Shown here one piece after another: positions 36,950 through 47,165 of a stretch of DNA of 51,054 nt (position 1 is its first letter; each line of letters starts with the position of its first letter). The translations under genes were made by a program, and so were the position numbers. Below the pieces are notes generated by a model. It did not search any database and was not told the origin of the DNA. It saw only the letters and a program-made list of their open reading frames with translations. Location of the stretch: assembly GCA_010093815.1 (NCBI GenBank), contig ML996571.1, one strand, 5' to 3'. The DNA is from Pseudovirgaria hyperparasitica. Its lineage: Eukaryota.

Positions 36950-38113
36950 ATTCGTTAAGTATATAGCCTTAATATATAAATATATACTCCTAAATATACT
37001 CTAAGAAATACTATACTATCCCTATCTAAATACTAGTTATACTAGTTATAGTAAACGCCTAGAGCGAGGACGCCGCCTTACTTACCTTAACTTACTTCTT
37101 ATACTTATAAAGGTATAGACGTACGTCTAGTAGGATACTAAGTAGAATACCTACTATCTTCGCGGCTTTATAATAAGTAGTTCTAGGCTAAGTTATCTCC
37201 TTAATATAGCGGTAAGTATAGTAGTTATTATCTATATATAGTCTTAATTCGTGTATCCTAGCCCTTATCTTATTATAAGTCTCTATCTCCTTATACTATT
37301 TAAGAGCTAATAGTACTATATCCGCCTAGTAACGCCCTAGTTATACTAGACTACTAAAGGTTTCTATAACTCGTGTCTAAGGGAGTGTTTTACGACGAGT
37401 CTTATAAGTTAGTAAATAATTTAAACTATAAGTAGATAGAGGGTAAGGTTAAGGTTAAGGTTAAGGAAACGTAGATATCTATATAGGTATTATAGGATTA
37501 AACCTATAACGCTATAATTCTATCTAATAAAGTAGTTAAGTATACGTAAGCTTATCTTTATTATCTTAATAATATCTCGCCGCCGCCTCCTCACGCTTAA
37601 TTATCGCCTATCTTATCTACTTATCTTAAAGTCTTATATTCCGCTTCTTATAATCTAACTTAGCCTCCTTATATCGTAATCTCTTTATTTTAAGGCGCTC
37701 GAGTATAGAAGTAGTACTTCTATTAACGGTAGTTAACGAGGTACTAGTTCTACTACTAGTTTAAGACTTTCTTAGGCACGGTCGAGTAATAATCTTATAG
37801 AATAAGTCTATTAACGGCTTATCCTTAGTTATACCTTAAATACTATTAATAATATTATTAGCCTATAGCTCTAAGATAGTCTTATCTACCTTATAGTAGA
37901 GTATTCTATTAGGTAATATAATCTTATAGTACTAACCTTAGTAGTTTATATACGTCGCCTTACTATACTAGAGCTTACTCTAAATATTATTAATAATAAC
38001 TTCTTAGTTACGGCCTCGCTATCTTCGCTTCTCCTATAATTTAAATAGCTATTTTAAGTATCTCTTAAGGTTTAGATATTAGGACTTAGTCTTAGATAGA
38101 ACCTAATCTACAT
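36950..38113 (-). pseudogene. RIP-degraded ORF of unknown family
   Basis: The minus-strand frame from ATG 38113 looks protein-like, with TAA/TAG stops. A possible de-RIPed C-x4-C-x-N-x4-C..H cluster lies near 37880-37970. Confidence 0.3.
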
Positions 38114-38399
38114 GTACCTTAGCTAATAGGGTTAGGAGGTAACGTAAAGGGCGGTAAATAGTCACGTACTAGATAGATCGGCGTCCCTTTATATATATAC
38201 TCTCGGATTTCTACCGAAAGGGTTTAGTAGTAATTCGTTCTATAATAGAATATACCCTATTATTCTATCTAACTATACTACTATCTAATAACCCTATTCT
38301 TATATTCGAATTACTCCCTATATAGTACTATAGTTAAGATAGTCTAACTAGAACCGGGAAGGTCGACACGATCTACTATAGGGATAAGTAATACTATAT

Positions 38400-39230
38400 T
38401 AAATAATAGGGATCCTCTATAATTAGTACTAATCCTAGCCATTTCTAACTAAGAAGTAGAAATATTAGACTAAATTATAGAGCTTTTAGACGAAGAAATG
38501 GTAGAGACGCCGAGTAACTTCTAATAATATAAAGCCGGATAACGAGTCGTGGCGGAGCCACGCGAGGTATTATAATAAACTATCGCTGAACTTTAGGAAT
38601 ACGTCGCGAATTAGGCTTAAGAGATTTAAACTCTTAAAGAATAGGTAGAACGCGCGAAACTCCTCGTAAAGAGACGAGAACTTAAGGAGTCTCTTAAAGA
38701 ACTACGCCGAACGATAGTAGGTAGACGACTTCCTATACTAATTTAGGCGGAATTAGTTTACCTACCATTAGAGTTACGATAATCTACTATATACCTAGCC
38801 GCTTCGTTACCAATTTACTCTACTTCTTCCCTAGGTATACTAAAACCTAAAGACCCGACTATATTTATAGAGAAGAACTAAAAGGAGTAGAAAGACTAGA
38901 AGAGAGACTACGAAAAGTACTTCCTTAATAACTCTCTACTCTTTTCTACTAAAGTATAACGTATTTCGTTTAGAGAATAATACCTAGACTTGTAATCCCG
39001 GGATTAATAGGATAGATAGAAGGAAGTATAGCTACTATCTACGATAACCTAGGAATATTTAGCTATATTTATACTAAACACTCTCGGAACGGATAGAGAA
39101 CGTGAAAGAAAGATACTATCTAAGTTAAGAAGCGTAGTATAACGACCGAACTAGATATCTACTTAACTACTATAATACCTCTAAAACCTATAGAATAATA
39201 TCCCTATACTATAGAAAAATATTTATATAT
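38400..39230 (+). mobile_element. RIP-degraded gag fragment of a host LTR retrotransposon, cut off by the 39231 LTR
   Basis: De-RIPed reading KPKDPT.F.GKNQKEWKDWKRDCEKYF..TWE.L..F.L..LG..Q..NQ resembles a retrotransposon gag capsid. Confidence 0.55.
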
Positions 39231-39602
39231 TGTGGAAGGCCGCTCCTGCAGCCCTATATGTATATGTCCCTAGCTCGATTACATGGCTTCATTATATATT
39301 TAAGGAGGGCGTTTTCCTTGGTCATTCTACTCGGCGCGCTTCCCCCATTACTAATATTCGACTATTCGATCTTTCCTTATGTTTATGGGCCTCTATGGGT
39401 ATTAATTATTAGGCTTAGCTATTAAAGAATTAATTAAGAGTATTATATAGACCCGTCCTATTATAAAAGAGAACTAATAAGAAGTCGTGCGTTTAAAGAG
39501 AACTCATAATACCTAGGAGAGATACTTGTAAGTTCGTCGCGACTACTATACTAGGAACACAGCCATTTATAAAAGAGACATACGTGGCGATAGCTTACCA
39601 TA
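39231..39602 (+). repeat. 5' LTR (372 bp)
   Basis: Starts TGTGG and ends CCATA (RIPed CCACA, the inverted terminus). Colinear with 50298-50669. Confidence 0.93.
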
Positions 39603-39606
39603 ATTT

Positions 39607-39623
39607 TAGAGGTCGTACCTAGA
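39607..39623 (+). promoter_or_regulatory. Primer binding site, probably tRNA-Gln
   Basis: TAGAGGTCGTACCTAGA lies 4 nt after the LTR and de-RIPs to TGGAGGTCGCACCCAGA, complementary to a tRNA 3' end ..GACCU-CCA as in eukaryotic tRNA-Gln (inference). Confidence 0.6.
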
Positions 39624-40222
39624 CTACGAACTTATAGGGGGAGATTAGGACTCCGAAACCAGCTTAGGGGAAGTATATGGCGTGCCTAATAAGGTAGTCT
39701 AGACTTACTAGATCGAAGCCACGAGTCCGGAAAACAGGGAGTCCGGAGTCGCTAGGGGCTAGCCTCTTAAAAGTAGCCGTAAAAAGTATGCGTATACTAA
39801 TACGGGTAATAGCGCGACTCGAAAATATCTTAGGGGAATAGAATATAAAATAGAGCTAGATGAAGTAGTAAAGAAGAGTTTAAAAACGATAAATATAACC
39901 TATTTAGTGCTACTATAGCTGTTATTCATAAACACGGCTATATAAGTATACTACTTTAGGAACGCCTTACACGAAGATAATAACATAAGTAGAATACCGT
40001 GAACCTTATATTAATAAAGACGATAGTAATAGTTTACCTTATAAAGGGATTAGTTAATATAGAGAAGGGATAATAGGTGTTATAGGTAGACGCATTAGGC
40101 TAACCTTTAGTTAAGGTAATCCCTTAACTAATAACCTTACCCCTAGCGTCTCTACTAGCACATCTACTACTAGTAATAGTATGATAGGAGCTTAAAATAA
40201 CGACCTAGTAACTCGTAGAGAG

Positions 40223-43200
40223 ATGCTTAACTTCTTCGTAGCATTTGCGCGATAAGGAAGAATAGTATCTCTATCTACCCTAGCCCCCGAGCGCTTTAAA
40301 GGAATAAATATTACGGCCTTCCTTCGGAAGTATAAGGACATATATATAAACTATAAAGTTCCGCCTAATAAGAAGATAACCTCCCTACCATTATACTACG
40401 AGGACTATCTCCGTCCTACTATTAAAGGAATAAGTAGGTTTTAGAAATAGTAGTAGGCTATACTACGTGAAGAATTATTAAAGGAATTCTCTCTATTTAA
40501 CTCTACTCTCGAGGAAGGTACCATCCACTTTATCTAAAAATACGTGGAAATGGTTAAAGTAGACCCATCCTACTCTCTCCCTATATACTACTCCCGGTAT
40601 CGTGTTATCACGGAGAAACTTACGGCTAAAGAAAGTCTAAGCTTATATTCGCGAATAGAGCTCTTCCTAGAAGGACTACCTAATAGTCTTAAGGCTCGGG
40701 CTATAGAGAAATGTTAACTCACGATAGAAGTATATAGTTACGACTAGGTAATTATCTATGGCTTTATATTATAAAAGGCTAGAGTACTTAAGAAACTAGC
40801 TCGTATTAATAAGCACTCAGCCGTATAAGAGCTAGCCATAGCTATATACTATAAATTAAAGATAGAGAGTAAGAAGACTAGCTTAGAAGAGTAGTCATAT
40901 AAAGAAAGAAGAACTAATGAATTTAACTACCCCTCTCTAGTCGTAGTACACGTTACGCTAGAATCGGATAAGTTTAATAAGATAGTAGAGAGATTTAGTA
41001 AACTAGACCTTACGTTAATTAAGATAAAGTCCTACTTTACCTCTAATCCCTTATTCCTATCCCTTAAGAAGTACGAACCTAAGCTACTTTCGGCTATTAT
41101 TAACTAGTAGGCGCGAAGGCTAAATCTTTTAGCACATCCCTAAGTATAAGGTATACCCATAGAACTAACGTAAGTTTATCCATAGAATTATATATAGAAT
41201 AGAGAATATATCTCTACCCGAGACTCCTAAGGAGGCGTTATAGCCTAGAATAGGCCTTAAAGACTGATCGTGTACATCACGTACGGAGGAGATTACCTAA
41301 TATATAGATATCCGGAGATAGTAGGATATATTAGAGACGGATTACTAAATATTAACGGGGTATAAGTATTCCAAGGGCGTTTCGGGGCGAACGGAGAAGA
41401 AATCCCATTACTACCCTCCTCGGTAGGGCTATAAGCTACTCTATAAGCTATCTAGAACTACGTAGCAACGGTTTAAAACGGCCTAAGCTAGTACGGAGGA
41501 GGAGTAAAGGTTTCTACGTCCGTAGTAAACATTAACGCTTCATAGGGAGTGCCGGTATATAGTATTAGTATAAAACCTACGAAGGGTCCCTACTAGGCCT
41601 CGGTAGATAGTAATTTAGAAGAAGAAGTCACGTCGCCCGAGAGTAAGAAAGATAGATATATAGAATTCCATGAACGCTTCGATATAGCTAGTAATAGATA
41701 TATCCGCGAGGAGATAGCCCTAGAAGAGCCCGCTATACTTATAATATCTAGAAGAGGGATTACGAAGAGTATACCTAATTATACTAAGAAAAGAAAGATT
41801 GCCCGTCTTCGCGGAATGCGTAAAGGGTAGTATATAAGGATTATTAAGGAATAGGAGGACGGCGAGAAGAGTAGCGACTAGAGAATATCTAAATAAGAGC
41901 TAATAGCGCTGGAGAATAAGATAGATAAAGGGGATAGCCTAAATCCTAGTTAAAAGGCACGTATCCGAGGCGTTAAGCTTAATAACTATCTACGCGAAGG
42001 ATAGCGGCTAAGTATAGAAGCTAGTAAAGTATAGCTAGTGCGCGTTCTAGAGACAACCATAAATATTACTATTAGCGAACTATTAAGCCTTAATAGCGAC
42101 TTACGTCGTGCGGTGTTCGAGAAGGGCGCCCCCGACTTTATAGCTAGAGAGGTCTATAAGACTTAAGAAGAGAGAGCCGAGAAGAAAGGAAGAAATAACC
42201 ATACTATGGCTCCCGAGATAAATAAACTTAACGTATTAGTACCCCTCTATGCTACGGGGACGGCTATTACGTAACGAGATATTAATTAGCTTAAGGAAGG
42301 GATAGTAAGGCTAGTGGCCGAGTATCTAAGGTACCCTATGGAAGTTAGTCCTAAAAGGGCGACTAGTATAGTACTATTCGATAGTGGCGCATAGGTAAAT
42401 AGCATTCGACTAGATGCTACGAGGCGTCTTAGGCTAGTAATATCTTTGCTTCCACTATATATAAAGAACTCGAGTTTGGTTAGCGCTACTTAGTATAGTA
42501 CTCTATTTATAGGAATAGTATAGTAATACCCTATCTATATAGGTCGGATTATTACGGCCACTTTAATATTCGTATATAGCGAACTTAATTATAACCTTAT
42601 TCTAGGGGAGCTATATACTAGATAGGCCTTACTTATAGTGTAGAGGTTAGCCTCTAGGTAAGTACTCTTAATAGTCTACTCCGTATATAGATAAGAATAT
42701 ATAACCTTTAAAACTAGTCCGGATAAGTATATTCTAGTCTTAGAGAAGGAGGGTAACTCTATAGCTAGAGACTAACTATATAGCGGAGTATGTCGCCGGA
42801 AGCCGGAGTTAAGCCGGATTATTAGTTAAGGGCTACCCTTAACTAATAATCCGCACTAAATAGGGTCTAGTAAACCTACTAATAAAGGGGATAGGCTATA
42901 TTTTTATACGGATATAGAAATGAGTTATATAGAGTTACTTTCCGAGAAAATCCGGCCTAAAAATATTACTTAGTTATCGAGAAAAGATAACTTAGTCGCC
43001 CTAGTTACGGCGGTAAGGTACGCTACCTTCGTATATAAATAAGGCATAATAATAGAATAGCTTATAGTAGGCTCTACCGGCCTCTAAAGACGGTATTTAT
43101 CCGGGGTATTAAAGGGATTTAGTATAGCTACCATATATAAAAGAAAGGGAGTTAAAGTATACCCCGTGGATGACTCCGAAGCCCACTAAAAGGTTCCTAG

Positions 43201-46200
43201 GAATCTATTAGGGTATCTAGACTAGCGTGAACGAGCAATCGTACGGTAGGTACTTCTTCTAGCTATCCACCTAGGCCTTAACATGTTTAATAGGCTAATA
43301 GAGCCTCGAAGGGTAACTATCCCGCTAGAAACACGTCTAACGCCTCTATATATAAGTTAGCTAAAGATTAGAATGGAGCTACGTCCTACGGAACTTAAGG
43401 TACTATATATAATCTTATTATATCGCGAGGAAGTACTAGTATAGGAATTCTTATACCTTAGTAAATTTAATAAAGAGATGGTACCTCTGTAGGAGATCCG
43501 AATAGTAGAACATAAGGTATAGTAGGCTAAGAACTTTAATATTCCTAGAGCCCTTTATAGGAAGGTACTTATAATTCTAAAAGAGCGTCTTAATAGCGGA
43601 AGGCTCGAGCCCTATAGTAGTCCTTATTAAAATATCTATTTTCTCGTAGAAAAGAAGAAGGAAGCTAATAAGGAACGAGATTATAGGTTAATTAATTCGG
43701 CGATAGAAATTAACCGAGTTACTATTCGTAATACGGCCACGCCGCCCTCGTATAAAGAGTTCTCGGAGCACTTTACGGGGATAGCCGTCTTAACGTTTAC
43801 CGACTTCTTCTTAGGATACGATTAGATTCTATTAGTAGAGTATTACCGAGACTTAACGGGGTTTATAACGCCCCTAGGATTACTACGCGGGATAATATTA
43901 CCTTAAGGGGCCACTAATTTAGTAGCTTAGTTCGTTAGGATTATATTAACTATTATATAAGAATATATCCCGGAGAGGGCTCTACTATTCCTAGATAACT
44001 TAGGTATTAAAGGACCTACGATAAAATATAACTCTAAGGAGGCCCTGCCTAGAATTCGTAGGTATATCCTAGAACATTTAATTAACGTGGATAAGGTTCT
44101 TACGGATATAGAGCGCGCCGGATACGCCCTAAGTAGTAAGAAAACTTAGTAGTATGTTAAAGCCGCTAACGTTATAGGATACGTCTACGATATTAAAGGG
44201 AGGCGACCGAGTAATAAAAAGGTTACTACTATTAGGGACTGGAAACCCTATAAAAACACGATAAATATACGAGCCTTCCTTGGCGTTTATATATATTTCC
44301 GGATATAGATCCCCGGGTACGCTATTATCGCATCGCCGCTATTTATACTATTAAAGAATAAATCGGCCTAGTAGTAGATAGCTAAGGAGTAGACCTTAAT
44401 AGACGCGCTAAAGATAGCTCTAACTACTACTCCCGTACTAATAACGTTACGGTACGGGATAGGTACGGGAGATATAATTCTAGTAGTAGACTCTAGTAAC
44501 GTTAGATAGGGAGCTGCGTTAATATAGGAGAACGAGGATTATAAACGTTAGCTATCGCGGTATAATAGAGGAATATAGTTAAAAGCTAAGAGAAACTACG
44601 ATACCGTGAAGCTAGAGTACCGAGCCCTCCTCTACGCGTTATAGAAGTTCCGGTAATATCTCTATAGCACGTACTTTATTATAGAAATAGACACGAATAC
44701 TCTAGTTACTTAAATTAACCGCACCGTAACTAACTTACTAGGGGCGCTCGTTACTAGGTGGCTCGCGTGGATTTAGCTATAGAACTTTATAGTTAGGTAT
44801 ATACCTAGAAAGCGTAACGTAGTCGCCGATAGTATCTTATAGATATACGAAGGAGAAGAACTACTAGACGTCTCTACCTTTAACCTAGACGAGTTCGTGG
44901 ATATAGCTCTATATATAGACGTGCTAGAGACGTCGTTAATTAAGCCCGTTAGTAGGAGAGATTACACGATAGGGATACTTAACTATACCGCCATTAAGTC
45001 TCCCTTAATAGATAAATATAGTAATAAATAGTAGAGGATTATAAAGTACCTTACTATACTTAAGAGGCTAACTAATCTAACCGACCGAGCGTATAAGGCC
45101 TTTATAACCGACTACCTAAAGTTCCTTATACGTAACTAAATACTCTAGCGGAGAGAAGATAGGCATTACTAATATATACGAGTAATTAAGGATCCGAATA
45201 CTAGGGCGCGTATAATTACCGCTACTTACGATGAGATAGATTATAGAGGTAGTAAAGGGACCCTTAGAAGGATTAAGGATAAGTATTAGTAGGTAGGTAT
45301 ACGTAGAGACGTGTAATAGTACGTGAAAACCTATAACGAATATTAATAACGAAGTAAACTCCTTAGAGGTCTTAATAAAGGGCTCTACCACGTTATAACG
45401 CCTATTCTTTAGTAAAGAATATACTTAGACGTAACGACGCTACTACCTTCTATAGGGTATAGTAAAGTAGTATCTATACGAGAATAGCTAAGCGGATAGA
45501 CTAAGGCGGAGGCATGTACGGCGGCTACGTCTATAGTTATCGTAAAGTTCCTCTTTAAGAACGTAATCTATAGATATAGAATTATTCCTAAAATTATCTA
45601 TAACGGTAGTAGAGAAAATATAGGTACCATAGAGGAGCTCCTCCGACTCTATAGAATTTATTAGAAGGTTACGTCTATATATAATCCCCGAGTAAATAGA
45701 ATTATTAAGAGAAGTTTTATACTACTTACTAATACTCTCACGAAGATAACTAATGGCGGATTTAAGAACTAGCCCGGCCACCTCTATACGGTCGTCTAGG
45801 TAGATAGAATAATGATACGTACTAGTATAGGGTATAGTACTATATATCTCGTGCTCGGCTATAAACTAATCATGCCTATCGAAGTCGAATTCGAGTCGCT
45901 CCGAATACTCCCTTAGGACAAGATACGATTAACGTCCGACTTACTCGCTCTTTAAGCTAGATAACTTAAGAGAAGATCCGAGGATCTTAAGGAGGCCCAT
46001 ACCTACGTAATATAAACGCGTAAGGAATCGAGAGAGGCATAGAATAATAACTATTACCTTCGTTAAGAGTCGTTACTAGTTAATATAATTATCCTCCTAT
46101 ACAACTCGTAGTAATAGAAGGATATAGAGCGGAAGCTAAGGTAGCATTAGAGGGGGCCATATAGAATCTAGTCTGTGTTTAATTATACTTATAAGCTCGC

Positions 46201-46486
46201 GGAGCTTAATAGAGCCATACTTAGAGGGACGTTTCCTAGCTATAGGTTAAAGAAATATTTTATAAGAAATGTAAGTAACGAGAGTCACGATAAGCCCTCG
46301 CGACTACTAATTAGAAGAATTACTAAGGAAAATAAGGAGAGTAGTGATAAGGAAAACTATTATAAATAACTTACGGAACACCTTAACGACGCCACACGAA
46401 CCCGGGTAGAAGTAGTAATTTCTACTCCGTAAGACTTTAATAGAGAAGAATATTTGCGTTTCTCTAGAATCGACATCTCCTTCTAG
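40223..46486 (+). pseudogene. RIPed gag-pol polyprotein, all motifs in one frame (start and end approximate)
   Basis: gag F.G.NIT.FL (40295); protease LFDSGA (D at 42380); RT TDFF.GYD, F.TPLG, LP*GATN (43898) and FLDN>FLDD (43988); RNase H LVVDSS (44480) and KLE..AL; integrase YVKT(C)..(C) (45320) and YNPR.N. All are in the same frame. Confidence 0.9.
42815..42853. repeat. Perfect inverted repeat, 18-bp arms with 3-nt loop (copy 1)
   Basis: cggattattagttaaggg-cta-cccttaactaataatccg, read directly. Confidence 0.95.
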
Positions 46487-46538
46487 GGGATAGAAGTTTT
46501 TTTAAGGAGGGAAGGGATACTTATAAAAGTAGTCTTAT

Positions 46539-47008
46539 AATGATAAACTCTATTATTAAAAAAGGACGATGAACTCCATTATCGAAAGAGGATGATAAAC
46601 CCTATTATTACTATAAAATAATAAAACTTATTATTAAAGTAAGCAATGCTCGAAAGAAGATATAATGGCGTTTACGCGAATTCTATCTACTATATATTAA
46701 AGCCGGTCGTGTAATCAAAGCCTACCTATCGAAGGCCTATTTCGTTACTATAGAACGGGCCCCGTTAGAAACTAATAAGGAAGAAAAGAAGGAGAAGGTA
46801 TAGAAGAAAAAGATACTTATAGGAAGTCTTATAAGGATAAGAATATACCCGGTATCTATTCATTTATAGATTCCGCTATATACCCGGTAGACATATTCAT
46901 TCATAGATTTCCTATGTACCTAGTATATATTTATTTATAAATTCGACACGTATACGGGCCTACGGCCGTTAGTAAGGATCATTTATAAAAATTACTATAT
47001 ACCCGGTA
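46539..47008. repeat. Two short tandem arrays between pol and the cargo ORF: 26-bp units x4 (46539-46642) and TATACCCGGTA-containing units (46844, 46879, 46915, 46998)
   Basis: Read directly; the copies differ mainly by transitions. Confidence 0.75.
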
Positions 47009-47165
47009 TTCGAGGAGGCATAAAAAGGGAACTTAAGATAGTATATAACTCTTCCCTCTTATATCTCTCTATACCTCCTTAATTAATAAAACCTCCTCCT
47101 CTACTTCCGCCTCGCTTAACTACCTCTTCTTAGAACGTAACTCGCTGATAGAACCGATAATAATA

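Noticed and set aside
37443..37466. (TTAAGG)n run as an interstitial telomere
   Set aside because: The unit is not TTAGGG. It is better explained as RIPed TTGAGG (CCTCAA, Pro-Gln codons) inside the minus-strand relic ORF.
39230..46369. Short ORF-track calls 39230-39412, 45116-45391 and 46175-46369
   Set aside because: These are chance stop-free stretches in the LTR, antisense to integrase, or a fragment of the RIPed pol; they are not independent genes.
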